Shown: piece by piece, positions 14,298-26,750 of the stretch
How positions within the stretch are numbered: the stretch's first letter is position 1
Layout of the letters: every line of letters starts with the position of its first letter
Notes under the pieces: model-generated
The model's database searches: none
What the model was told of the DNA's origin: nothing
Seen by the model: the letters and a program-made list of their open reading frames with translations, nothing else
Source: Camelus dromedarius
Lineage: Eukaryota
Direction: 5' to 3'
NCBI RefSeq assembly: GCF_036321535.1
Contig: NC_087447.1
Span: 35,404,001 to 35,468,000 of the forward strand
Length of the DNA: 64,000 nucleotides
Program-made: the position numbers and the translations under genes

Positions 14298-17009
14298 CAG
14301 TTGCCAGCCTAATCCCGAAAGCATCTGAGCATCAATTCAGAGGCCTGTGGGCCAGCTATTGCTTTGAAGACCTGGTTGTGGAAGGACAGCAGCCAAATAT
14401 TCTCTACTCCTATTCTTTAATGGACCACTAGTCTTTGAAACTTGTACCTGGATACTCTAGCCACTGTTTTGTTTTTTTTTTTTTTTTTCAGTAATGGCGT
14501 TAGTGAAGTATAATTCAGATACCATACAATTCATTGACCACTCTGGTTTTCACAGAGAATTTGCTTGACCCAATTGATAGATCTAGTCCTAGCCTGATTC
14601 TATTTTCCACAATCCTTCTTGAGTAAAATGACCTTTATGATCACTTAAAATACCTTGATGGGCATTATGGAGCTGATCCATATTGTTACCTAAGATCCTC
14701 TTATTTCTAAAGTATCTTACTTACCAACTGAATTTGGGCTGAGCTTGGTCCTAAATTTAATAGGAAACCAGCTGTCTCTGCTGCTAGCCTGAGCAAAAGA
14801 CAGAGTAGTAGCCTGAAGCATACCTAGTAAAGAGCAAGTAGTCTAGTTTCCTGTGTAGTGTCTTGCAGGGAAATAGGAAAAGCTAAGTCAAGAAAGGTTG
14901 GCTTGCTTATAATCCTTAGGTCCAGGCAAAGAATTTGGGACTTTTTTTTAAGTAGGCACTAGGAAACCCATTCCCAAGTGACTATCCTCTTTGAAACTCT
15001 TTCCTTTCTATGGCATTGCATGATGCTGGTTTTGTTTTAGATTATCTGTCCTACTCATGGGACCAAGGGGAACTTGGTGGGGGTGCCACTTGCAAAGCCC
15101 TGTACTCAAGCATGCAGCCCCAGGGGTTGTCCTCAGGTTACCAGGAGACAGTTTGTCAAAGGGAGAATTCAAACTGAGGCAGTTGAGAGACGCACAAAGT
15201 TAAATTTGTAAAAGCAGTCCCAAGCACTTTATTTCCAAGGTATAATGTGAGACTATACATAGGAAGGCCAGGCATGAGGGTCGAGGGTGGGGAAATGGGT
15301 AGGAAATGGTGTAAGATAGGTCAAGAAGAGCATTTTAGGACCAACACTATAATAATGAAGGTTGCAAGCACTGGGTTTTATGCGGTGTCAGCGGGGTAGT
15401 ACAGGGCGCAGGCCTGATATACACAGGTAAAGCTGGACTCCCCAGTACTGCCTTCTTTCCTCCCCCTACCCACCAAAGGAACACTTTCCTCAGGCTTCTG
15501 TCTTTGGCCCTCTTCTCTCTGCTATCTGCTTATGGAAAATGTCATCCATGGTCATGGCTTCAATTCTTGTTTCGTATGACTCATATATTTGCAGTTCTAA
15601 GACCCTGACATCTGTCTTGAGTTTTTGCCTCTTTAAGTCCAGCTGCCTCCTGGATATTTCCATCTAGATGTCCCAAATTAGGCCAGTGTTATATAACTTC
15701 TTTTGGCACCATTCATGTAGAATGAAATGGGGCTGTGCAACGTGGTAGCCCTGCCAAGTATCTCAAAGTCTATAGGTCCAAAAAGGAACTCAGAATCTTA
15801 TGCCCCATCAGCTCCCTCTCCCAGTGACTTCATTTCTATTAATGGTATATTAAGGGTCATATTTTCAACCAATTTTTCCATTCTTTTATCAGCTTCTTAG
15901 AAAACTATGCTCTTAATTTTTTTCACATTAATAGTCAAATTGTATACCATTTAACATGTTTTATTTCATCAAACCACTAGATACTTAATTCTTTTTAGAT
16001 CTCAAAAGAAATTATTTTAAAAACTCTTAAAAATTTATTTCATTTTATGTTATAAAGTAAATAGAATTAGGAAGATTAATTCATGCTACTTCAGATTTTT
16101 ATATTACTTATAAATTTTAATAGTTGATCAACAGTTACATATACCTTTGATTGTAGCAGATCTAAGTCAGCTAATCTGAACCCATTTGAAATATTGGTTA
16201 GGTAGTTTGTAGTTATATTGGTTAGGTAGTGAAATATTGGTTAGGTAGTGTGTTTGGTTGCAAGGAAATCTATTAATCAAACCATGATAGATAACAAATA
16301 ACAGCAAATTATGCATACTATATCCAGTTATTTTCATACAACTTTGATCACAGTAAAGAATCATAGTTAATGAATTTTTAAATGATAATATTTCAAATCA
16401 CTCTGTGACTAAAGCACACTAAAGAAAATGTTAGAGACATGACCATTATAATTCACATCTTCAGAATAATGGAAATATTTAATGATTGACTTTAGCTCTT
16501 TCTTCTAAGCTCTGACTTTGTGATATTTAGTAAATGAGGAATCCTGAGAGTTTTAGAGCTTTCATGCATTTTAAATATTTTTCTTCAAAGCTTCAAGGAA
16601 TATGTTAACAGTTACTAAAACATGAGGAAAGAATTGAACCAAAAGTATGGTTCATAATTCCTAATCAGTGAGTTATTAGTTAGAGACATAGATGGTATTT
16701 TCCTGACTTTTGAAGAATGTTCCAAAAGTGGGTTGCCAGAATGCCTGCATTTCTTAATCTGCCTATTTTGTCATTTGGAGTTAAACAGTAGTAATGACAC
16801 ACCAAAATGTGCAGATTTATAGTTCATTTTTAAGTTCACTTGCAAACTGAAAAAATTAAAAATCCTAGAATTCTCTAATGGAACATGTAATAGAGGTCAT
16901 ATATTAATTTCTAGGAAACGTATAAAGATACTGTAGTCTATTTCAGTCTAGTCTTTATTTTACTATATAATATACATCTATGATTTGCTAGTTTGTTATT
17001 CAGCTGGAT

Positions 17010-17015
17010 AATAAA
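17010..17015 (+). terminator. TPH1: Probable TPH1 polyadenylation signal (3'UTR about 2.7 kb)
   Basis: AATAAA followed by a short ACACAA/TTGTGT hairpin and a downstream U-rich tract (gatttattttttgtc); fits a long TPH1 3'UTR; unverified. Confidence 0.45.
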
Positions 17016-19946
17016 AGGACACAAAATTTGTGTTCTCAACAAGGATTTATTTTTTGTCAAACGTATGCTAAAAACTGATTTAAATATATATTAGCAATTT
17101 TGGTAGCTTCAGAAATCTGTAACATCCTTACACTTCTTAAAAAAAAAACCTATGAATATGAGATATAAAGGAAGTCAAACACACCTGGAACCTAGTAACC
17201 ACTTTTTGGAATTCTTGATAAAGTCTTAAAATCATTTTCCTCATCTGTAAAAGGAGCTAAATCTACTTCACTGGGTTATTGTAAGAATTGTACTGTGGGA
17301 GGACTTTGTAAAAAGAAATTTATTATCCATATGTAAAGAATCATTAATCTCCTAATCAGAGATTCTTCATAGCTTCTGGATGATTTTAATTTCCTCCAGA
17401 GAGATTGAGCTTTTGCTTCTAGCAGGCAGAATATAATGGCAGAGGAAGATTGTCTTAGTCCAATTAGGGATTAAGCCAATTAATTTGAAGCTATGTTTTA
17501 GCTTTGCGAGGGCTGATCTATTTCCATTTTACCTCTACTTTTAAGGTGCAGCCCTTTAGGGATCCCAAAGGAAAGCTATGAGTGTGAACCAGGGCTTCTC
17601 CATGGGGACCCTGGACTCCTACTTTTCTCCCTTCTTATACTCTCATTCCCCCTGGCCCCATAAAATTGCTAAAAGTACTCTTCAGTTTCTCAGCTTTTCA
17701 GCTGTGGCTTTCAGTCCAGTTTCTTAGCCTGCATGTCACTGCTTGCTAATTAGCAAATGCCTCTCACAGAAAAGTAGTGCCAAATATAATCTCTCAGCTT
17801 TTAGATCTTGGACCTTCAAGTACTGGCTGCTTTGATAGCTCTCCAAAGACTTGAAACAGATTTTTAAAATATTTTCCCCCAGCTTTTAAAATTGTTTTTG
17901 GTGAAAGAATTGGTCTGCAGCTAGCAAATCTACCTTTATCAAAAGTGGAAATCTGACCTCAGAGTAAATCATTTAACTTCTTTGAGCCTCAGTTTTCTCA
18001 TCTATAAAGTAATTATTCTAACAATACTTATCAGTAATATTGAGAGAAGCAAATAAGATAATCTAACGGGAAAAATTTCCTAACCTGTGTGGTACAGAAA
18101 TAGGCTGTATGGCTCAAAATGCTTTATATTTTCCTCTTATGGGGAGAGAAGGCATCTGAAAATGATACCATCAAATAATTTAAATCCACCTCCATTCAAG
18201 AACTCCAGCTCACCCAAGCTGCTAATGGGATGACCTAGTTAGTGACATGTGCAACATCTCAGCACTTCCAAGAAATTGTATTAAGGGATATAACATAGTA
18301 ATATAATTGTAAGTTAGCTTAAGTACTGATGCATGTACATTCAAGGGATAAAATTGGAAAGCAACTGTGTTCTCCCAGCCCCTCTCTCTATTAAAACTGA
18401 CTCTGGGTAATTCCTCCGTGTCCCTTTGGATGAAATTTCAGGTCCCTGCCTTGGATTTTCTGCTCACTCTAAGTCCTTAGCTTCTAATCTCTCTCTCATT
18501 TCAGTATTTTAAAATTCCTGTCTTTTGTAAAAGTTCAAAACATTACATTTTAAGGTTAAAGTTTTTCTTCTCTAGAACAGAGAAAGGAAGAGGTGTGCTT
18601 TGCATCTTTATCTTCTTGCTCCTCCTTCCTTGCTCATGAGGATGCCTCTGGCTCCTCTAGGATTGGGAATAGTGATGGGGAGGAGAGGTAAGGAGTAGGA
18701 AGTTCTTTTTTGGTCTGATAATGCTGAGTTGGCATATGTGTTTTCTGTACTTGGTAAATATTTAATGATGACTCATTCTCAGGTGTTTTGAAAGACCTTC
18801 CCACTTCTTATTTTTTGGGATCTCTTGATATGGGTAAATGTACCTCTCTGATTGGGCTGTTGAATTCATCTTCCTCAGCCTCTAGGAATCTAGTGGTGGG
18901 CACTCTTCTGGGTGTCACTTCTCCCCTCCAGAAATTCCCTTGATCTGGGTCTAAGACCATCCATCCGCTTGTTAATTTACTCATGAATGGGAACACTTAT
19001 AGGGGAGATACTCAGACATTTTTTGTCTTGAAAAACTCTGGACATGAAAGATCTCTCCAAAGCATCAATCTCTCTTTGCTCAACTATCAGAGCAGTCATC
19101 TGGCCACAAGCCATTGAGCATTTCTCAGCAGGAATTGGACAGCAACCTGCCCAGGCCCTAATCTGGAAGGATACATACAAAGCTCTCTTATTGGCCCTGC
19201 TGACACATGCCTTTCCTTAGACATGAGATGGGCAGGACTCAAATCACACTGACAACTACTGCCACATATATTCTATCAAAATTCTCTCAACCTTTCCAAC
19301 CTCTTTCATAGCCTGGAAGTGATACAATGGTTTCTAGACACCTCTTACACAAGTTCTGCTTTGGTGGTCTTGTACCTCACTTTATAATGTGAGAGGAATT
19401 GGCACTTAATATTTTAGAGTCTTAGCCAAAAAGGAGAGGGGAAGGGTCCCATTTTTACATCCTATTACATATGCTTAAAAAGAATGGTCAGAATTTAAAA
19501 AGGCTACTCCTATAAAACAGTCAGAAAACACAGTATAGTTTTTTCACATCACGTTTCCTTGAGAATGAAGAGCTGCATTGCCTCTCTAAAGTCTGCAATT
19601 TTCTTAGCATGGTTCTCCATGTTCAAAATGCCACAGGCTGGAGAGGTAAAGGTGAGGTGCTGCCCTCAAGTGGTCTTGACAGGCAGAAACATCAAGGACT
19701 GGGTGGAGTGAAAGACAGGGAGGGACTGAGTGAGAGGTACCAGAGACACTCCCCAGGGCCTCCCAGGCATAAGTAATGAGTACTGGAGGCTTGGGTCAGC
19801 AGAGGGATCAAGAACTCCTCAATATAGACTCTCATCTTTAATATGACCCCATATGTACTGACAAGATAATGTCTGGCTTGGAAAACGTGGGTTATGTACA
19901 AAAAAGCATGAAAAAGAAAATAAAAACCACCTGTAATCCACCATTT

Positions 19947-19949
<3 letters not shown>

Positions 19950-19979
<30 letters not shown>
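19950..19979. repeat. (GT)n microsatellite; another (GT)n at 10755-10774 and (GA)n at 33321-33352
   Basis: Direct reading. Confidence 0.95.
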
Positions 19980-19984
<5 letters not shown>

Positions 19985-20220
19985 TGGTATAATAGTTACT
20001 TCAATGACATATCATGAACATTTCCCTTATTTACTATCTTCCAGACGTGTTTTTTAATGGCAGCTAGTATTCAATTTTACACGGTCATATAATTTAATCA
20101 ATTTGTTTTTGGACTTTAGTTTCTTTAAGTTCTTTATTATTTTATGTAACCCCATAATGAATAACGTGCAGTCTAAGGTTTTATGCATAGTTACTATTTT
20201 TTTCTGGTGATAAATGAACT

Positions 20221-20576
20221 TGTTAGGTAGCTTAGATAGAAATGAGCACTGGGCAGGAGGAGAGGAAGGGGAAAGGAACAATCCAGAACACAAGGAACCT
20301 GATGTCAATCAATCAGAGCGCAGGGAATCTGAGTTGTCAATCAAGCAATCAATCAATCACTAAATCAGGATATAAAAACAAGGAAAACGAGGGAATGGCA
20401 CCATTTTTCCTCTCTTGGATTGGCCCGCTCCCAATTCTCGGGAGTGTATTATGTTTTACTTTTTTAACTTCACTAATAAAAATCTTGCTTATATCATGCT
20501 TTCTGTCTCTCGTCAAAAATCTTTTTTTCGGGTGACTAAGAACTAAGGTAATTCTTATTTCCTTTTCCTGGTAACA
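20221..20576 (+). mobile_element. Solo LTR, ERV1-class-like (356 bp)
   Basis: Inverted termini TGTTA...TAACA; 4-bp flanks AACT/AATT (one mismatch); TATAAAA at 20371, AATAAA at 20475; U3-R-U5 layout. Confidence 0.75.
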
Positions 20577-21417
20577 AATTGAATTGGAATTACTAGCTAA
20601 ATATCTAAGTACCTATCTTCATATTCGTAATATGCATTGCTACATTTTCCTTCAGGAAAACTGTACTTAATTTAGTTCCCTCTAGCAGTGTACGAGGGTG
20701 TCTGATAAAAGCCATTTTATATGAAAATCTTTGTTGGGTGAAAATTATCCAGTTATTACCTTGATAATCAGAATCTGGGCCAAGGCCATTCTGGGAACGC
20801 TGAGGGTTAGAAGGCCGCCCTGGCAGGAATCCACGATAACCAGCCTCTTCAGGAATCTACGAGGGCGGGGTGTGAGTTCCCGCTCCGTGTCAGGCGCTAA
20901 AGGCGACACCAACGACGTAAGACACTACACTGGCACAAAGAAGCTCCCTCAGATTTTGCCAACTGCACACAAAAGCAGGCCCAAAGACAGTTCAGCCTAG
21001 ACGCTGGGTCGGGACCCTTGTCCATCTTCTCCCGGGCTCGTCTTCCCTGATACAATCCCTGTCCTGTCAGCCACTCTTGGCTGTCGTGGGATTCTAGGGA
21101 GATAAAGAAGGAGCTTTGTGAACTGCTAAGCGCAGTGCAATCGTATAAAATTATTACTAAAAATACAGTGAGAGCGGAGAGGAGTAGCAGAGGTGCCCGG
21201 CGAGACAGGAGGCTGGGGGCGGAAACGCTCAGAGCGCGCCCAGGAGAGTCGACTGGGAGGAGGTTCCGGGGGCGGCTGCTCGGCTCCTGCCCGCGCCTGG
21301 TTAGTGGAGCCTCGAAAGCGCGGTCCGCGGCCCCTCCTTCCGCTCGGGCCCCTTTCAACCACAGACCCTTCCGGGTGCGGGCCGTATGCCCCCTGTCGCC
21401 AGTCCCTCCCGCGTGCT

Positions 21418-21593
21418 GGCCCCTCCCCCTGAGAGCCCCGCCCTTGCGCCGGCCCCTCCTCCTGAGAGCCCCGCCCTTGCGCCGGCCCCTCCTCCGGAGA
21501 GCCCCGCCCTTGCGCCGGCCCCTCCTCCGGAGAGCCCCGCCCTTGCGCCGGCCCCTCCTCCGGAGAGCCCCGCCTTTGCGCCGGCCCCTCCCG
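21418..21593. repeat. 33-bp GC-rich minisatellite, about 5.3 copies
   Basis: Unit GAGAGCCCCGCCCTTGCGCCGGCCCCTCCTCC(G/T) starting at 21431, 21464, 21497, 21530, 21563, plus a partial unit at 21418. Confidence 0.95.
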
Positions 21594-21617
21594 GAAGCGC
21601 CGGCGGAGCGTCCTCGC

Positions 21618-21677
21618 ATGGAGCGCGAGTGGAGCGACTCGGAGGCCGCCCCTGCTGCGGCCGCGCTCTTTGCCTGG
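21618..21677 (+). CDS. SERGEF: Secretion-regulating guanine nucleotide exchange factor (DelGEF), exon 1 coding part
   Basis: ATG GAG...; MEREWSDSEAAPAAAALFAW matches the SERGEF N-terminus; donor TGG|gtacgt. Confidence 0.93.
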
Positions 21678-23009
21678 GTACGTGACTCCGCCCCCGGGCC
21701 GGGGCCGCTGGGACTGAGGGGCGCACAGACGCTGGGAGCTCCGGGTCTCGGGGAGGGCGGCTCCGGGGCTCAGCGGCCGAGGTCCGAACCGGGCTCTGTG
21801 TTGCAGTATTTTGGGCTGGGAGCTGAGGAGGAGAGCGCGGGGAGGGAAGGGTCTTCACGGGGTGACTTCGGGGCTGCTGGCTGGTGGAGTCCCGACCGGA
21901 GGGGCTGCGGCGCGGTGGGAAGAACCTGCCTCCAAGGCAGAGTGTCTGGTTTCGCTCACGACTTCAGGCCCGGAGAGCGCCGGGAAAGACAGCGTGGAGG
22001 GCTCTGTGGAGAGAGCTGTATGGATCCACCTGTGCTCCTTACCCGCCCATTGCCAGCAGGATGGAGCCCTTTCACCAGCCCCACCCCAGCCTGGCGGGAG
22101 CATCCTTTGGGGTGAGGCCTGCGGTGTTGGGCTGTGCACAAGGCGGAGACCCTGCATAGTTGCTGATATTCGGCTGTGACTGGATCTTGCCTGCACTGGG
22201 GGCGTGGGAGTTTGCGCTGGTGTTGGTTTGACGCGAGCATTGAGAGATCATCTTTATGTTTCTTGGCTGGGAGAGAGGAGGTCTGTGCACAAGAGTGTGT
22301 GGCAGGCAAGCGACCAGATGCGCAGGAATAAGCAGACGTAGTGTCTTGTAGTTCATGACACATATCACAATTGTAATGAGATGTGTAACTTGTTAATGTC
22401 AGTCTCTTTGCCTAGAATGTAAGCGTCATGAGGGTGGGCACTGTGCCTGTCTTGTATGGTGCCTGGCTGGTGCCTGGCACGTTGTAAGGCGCTCAGTAAA
22501 TTATGTGTTGACTGGTGAGTGAATGAGTACCTGTTGTGTGCCGAGCTATGTACTGAACTTTTGGGGAAAACACAAGAGTGAAAGTCTTGCAGCTCTACTG
22601 TTGCAGGGGGTGCGGAGGGTGGGAGAATAAGACCTTTATTGCTGTTAAAACCAGTATGTACTGACTAAAAAATGGTAATTATCAGTACCAGGCAGCATTT
22701 GTTGAATGTAAGGCTGCTGCCTACTAGAAGGAGAGTGTGGTGTGGCCTGAGGTAGTCTGGCTGTCTGAAAGCCTTTGAGGTGACACTTGAGCTGGGGGTG
22801 AAATCAGGGATTGGGTGTGTGCCTGGTGTGGGAGTTTTTCCCAGGCCAGGGACTGGGGTCTCTGTGGACAGAGGAAACATCTGACAGAAAAAGCCCTTCA
22901 GACATGGCCTGGTCAGTACTGAGACAATAATATCGTTGAACCTAACCTCATTGCTGTGCTTGGAGGCTTGCTGGTGTGTTCTTTCTGCGGCAATATCTGT
23001 GTGGAGGGG

Positions 23010-23394
23010 TGTATTTGTTCGTTAGGGCTGCATAACAGAATACCACAGACTGGGAGGCTAAAACAATGGAAAAGTATTTTCTCACAGTTCTAGAGGCTAG
23101 AAGTCCAAGATCAAGGTGTCAGCAGGTTTAGTTTCATCTAGGGCCTCTCTCTTTGGCTTATAGATGGCTGCCTTCTTGCTGTGTCCTCATGTGTCTTTTT
23201 CTGTGGGTGAGAGCATCCCTGTGTTTCTTAAATGCATACCAGTCATATTGGATTGGGGGTCCCACCCTTATGACCTCATTGAACCTTAACTACCTTTTAA
23301 AGGTCTTGTTTCCAAATACAGTCACATTCTGAGGTACTGGAGGTTAGGCTTAGGGAATTAATGAATTTCAGTGAAGCACAATCAGTCCATAACA
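23010..23394 (-). mobile_element. MaLR solo LTR (MLT1A/B-like)
   Basis: gggctgcataacagaataccacagactgg..tctcacagttctagaggctagaagtccaagatcaaggtg..cagtccataaca. Confidence 0.8.
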
Positions 23395-24512
23395 AAGAGA
23401 TTTACCTTTTGGAGGGGGGTGGATGTGATGTCTGGAGTGTTTGTAAGGAAGGAAGGCAAATACAGCTGTAATAGGTTGTATTACATTTTCCTTCTGTTTT
23501 GCTTTATTATGGATATAGGGCCTCTTGATGTGTTACGAAAATTTGGTGCCATAATTTGAATCCCATGATGCTGGTGTATCACTTTCTGTTCAGCAGCCTG
23601 TAGCCCTGGTAAAGGGGCAGCATGGAGATCTCACAGCTAACAGAGAGATCCTGTGCATATGTTCTCCACTTCACACTGTGTGGGTCTTTCAGTTGGTCTT
23701 TCCTAGGTAGGGATTCATATGGTCTTACATTCATTCACTGTGAAATATATGCACACCTTTTCTGGGCCAGCACTGTTTCAGATGCAGGGGAAACAGCAGT
23801 GAGCAAAACAAAGTTCCTGCCCTCATGGAGTTTACTTTATAGTGGGGAAGGTAGACAGTAAATGAGTAAATGTACAGAATGTAATGTCAAGGAGTGCTGT
23901 GAAGAAAAATAAAGCAGAAAAAGGGCATAAAATGATAGGGGTGCTATTTTAGATAGGGTCCTACAGTTAGCTTCCTGCTACATAAGCTCTGGGCTGGTTC
24001 ACCATATATGCCTTTTTTTTTTTTATTTTTCGAGGAGAAATATGGTAAAATAAAGGAGCGGGCCATTCGACTTGTTGCCTACTCAGCTGTGTGACTGTGG
24101 AAAGTTACTTAACCTCTCTGAGCCTTAGTTTCTTCATCTGTAAAATGAGAGCGATAATGCCCCCTCCTCTGTTGTGAAGATTAAAGGTGAATGCCCAGCA
24201 CACGAAGAAGCACTCAGGAATTGGTAGCTAATATTGCCCCCGAGGGCCTCTGGGACCTGTGTCCCTTCTTGGCTTGCTCTTTCAGCATGGAGTCTTTGCA
24301 GCCCAGGATAGTGTGGAATAAACCTCAGGGGCAGGAGTTTGTGTATATGTATGCATTTTTTTGTAGTTACTTTAAATCACTTCCTCATTCAGGTGTCTTC
24401 AAAAACAAACACATTTTAAAAGTTTTACTACTCATCTCTAGGAAGAACCAGGCAGCAGTAAGTGGTTGGAGAAATGATAAGGATTTCCAAAATCTTCATA
24501 AGATCTTCCCTG

Positions 24513-24772
24513 CAGGTCCACAATCCCTTCTCTTAATTTTGAATACAAAAATCTCTGAAAACCCCAAACTGACCTGACATAAGGCTATTTATAGTCTGTG
24601 CCCACTAACTCAGTATTTGTACTATTTACTGCAGAAATAATACTCTTTTTCTTATGTGGACCTTGCAGCAGTGTATATGATCTATATACAGTATTGCTTT
24701 TCTAAAGTCTGCAAAATTCTGGGTCTGAAATAATCTGGCTCCAAGGGTTTCAGATTAGAGATTCTGGACCTT
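24513..24772. mobile_element. Tigger-like (Tc1/mariner) MITE
   Basis: Imperfect TIRs caggtccacaatccctt / tagagattctggacctt (13/17 match). Confidence 0.5.
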
Positions 24773-25427
24773 TATGGTGTAATAACAATAACAGACATAT
24801 TGCCCACCAAGGGGAAATCTGTTTCCTTAGAGAAATGTCACCATGTGAGTCTTACAGTCACAAAACGTTGTACTTGGAAAGGCCCTTAGAGATCATCGCC
24901 AACCTCTTTCACTGTACAAATGAAATAACAATAATATGCCCTGCTTGAGGGCACAAAAAGCCAGCTAACTTTGATTCCAGAAAGTCATTGCCAGTTTTCC
25001 CGGTGAGGGTGTGGGCAGAAGGGACAAGAACTAGTTCTAGTGCAATTCTCCCTCACTTTGTTCCCATTTTTCTTCATTATTTCTTTCTTTACCTTCCCTA
25101 AATAATTAGCTTTATCAGAAGGAACTCCTGTGCTGTCCCACAAAGGCAACACATGTGCTCTGGGACACTGGCAGGGGAAGGTGAGGAGTATCACCGGATA
25201 AGTTGTGGACACTGATGGCTCCTCTCACGTGGAAATCGTGGTGTTCTGGGGATGGGGCCACCGTCTAAGTATGGATTGCATAAAACAACTTCCTAAGAAT
25301 GAGCCTATGAAATCTCATCTGTTCTAGGCTCTGAGAGGGATGTCAGAGTGAGAAAGACAGGGAAAGATAGATTCAAATTGACATTTGGGGTTCCCAAATT
25401 TTTCATCCTTGGCTTGTTTATCCCTAG

Positions 25428-25563
25428 GGTGCAAATAGCTATGGACAACTTGGCCTTGGCCACAAGGAAGACGTACTTTTGCCCCAGCAACTGAGTGACT
25501 TCTGTAAACCTGGATGTGTCAAGAGGATCACGGGAGGTGGGGGCCACTCTGCTATTGTTACAG
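25428..25563 (+). CDS. SERGEF: SERGEF exon 2 (136 nt), RCC1 repeat
   Basis: tccctag|GGT; GANSYGQLGLGHKEDVLLPQQLSDFCKPGCVKRITGGGGHSAIVT; donor G|gtaact; read manually. Confidence 0.95.
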
Positions 25564-26194
25564 GTAACTTCCTTTGAGAATATAGTCTCTCATTTTCTTA
25601 TTTAGACATTTTCCCCTAGAGTGTTATATTGCCATCTTTCAGCCTTTTGTATTTTGCAGAGGAAAGCATTTTTGTGAAGGAATCAAATCAGAGAATCCTA
25701 GATTGTCAGAACTGGAAGGATGTCAGAGATCTAAGCACCCCTTCTCTCTCCCACCGCCCCCACCCTTCTCCCTCTCCCTAGAAATGAAACTCAGAGAGTA
25801 AATTTGCCCAAGATTACAAGACAAATAGTGGCAGAGTTGCAACATGCATTACATTTTATTCCATATATTTCTATTTAACTTTCACATATGAGTTAGAAGT
25901 CTTTGCAGTTAGGTTGAATATTCCTTGAGAGCAAGAACTTTGTATTTTCCTTAATCTTCCCTCACAGTACCTAGGGTAGTACTTAACAAGTACTACAAGT
26001 GCTATAATATTGCAAAAGAGGGCCTGTTGCATCCTGGTTAAGAACATGAGCTCTGGAATCAAACCACCTGAGTTCAAATCCTGGCTCTCTTACTTATTAG
26101 CTGTGTGGCCTTGGGCGAATTACTTAATTTCTCTGTGTCACAGTTCCCTCTGTTACATGGGGATAATAATGGTGAATGAGAATCAGTGAGTTAA

Positions 26195-26429
26195 CAGGGC
26201 TACATTATGACCTTGATGAGTCCTTGACACTTTTGCCTTTGTGAAGCTCTTCCTCCATAAAGAAATATTTAAAATTATATTTACAGCTGCACTGATATAA
26301 AGATTAATATAATCCAGGCTAGATTTAGTATTATATATTCTTATTACATTTTTTTCTTATTAAAAATTATTTTAAATTAAAACATTTTTGTGGGCCCTAG
26401 GCACTGTACCTAAAGAATAAGTCAGCCCC
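26195..26429. mobile_element. hAT MITE (MER96B-like) inserted in a MIR
   Basis: cagggc..cacttttgccttt..ttcctccataaa..atataatccaggct..gtgggccctaggcactgt..ataagtcagccc; MIR sequence on both sides. Confidence 0.6.
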
Positions 26430-26750
26430 AAACATGAGGCTCTTGGAACAGTACCTGGCACATTCTACATCCCGAATAAATGTTGGCTTTTATTGTTGTA
26501 GAAGATGATTAGTTTGATGATTGATTGGCCACTGCTGTGGGACTTAGAGTTTCCGTTTAGATATTAGATTGGAGCCCCTTGGCTCTATGCTGTTGGGTCC
26601 AGAACATATTAACATGCATAGCTTACTAACTTGGGTGGAAAGAAAGTTATCGGGTCTGTGACTCCAAATAATTAATTAACTCCTTTTGTTCGTTTCGGCA
26701 GTGGTAATTTCCCCTGTGCACACTAGTGCTGAAACCTTTATATTTTACAG

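Larger units (their letters stand above)
20800..22350. promoter_or_regulatory. SERGEF: CpG island / TATA-less promoter of SERGEF
   Basis: Abrupt rise in GC and CpG density around exon 1; multiple GC boxes (CCCCGCCC); ETS motif CCGGAAG at 21591-21597; boundaries approximate. Confidence 0.85.

Noticed and set aside
16187..16262. Repeat-spacer pattern as a CRISPR-like array
   Set aside because: Mammalian DNA, only three 16-bp repeats with 3-8 nt spacers, no cas genes
17450..19260. Intergenic sequence that may be an old L1 5' region and an ancient LTR
   Set aside because: Too diverged to assign family or boundaries without RepeatMasker
20897..22368. Cluster of long ORFs on both strands (240, 326, 167 aa etc.) as novel genes
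   Set aside because: Explained by stop-poor CpG-island sequence and a 33-bp in-frame tandem repeat; only 21618-21677 matches a real protein
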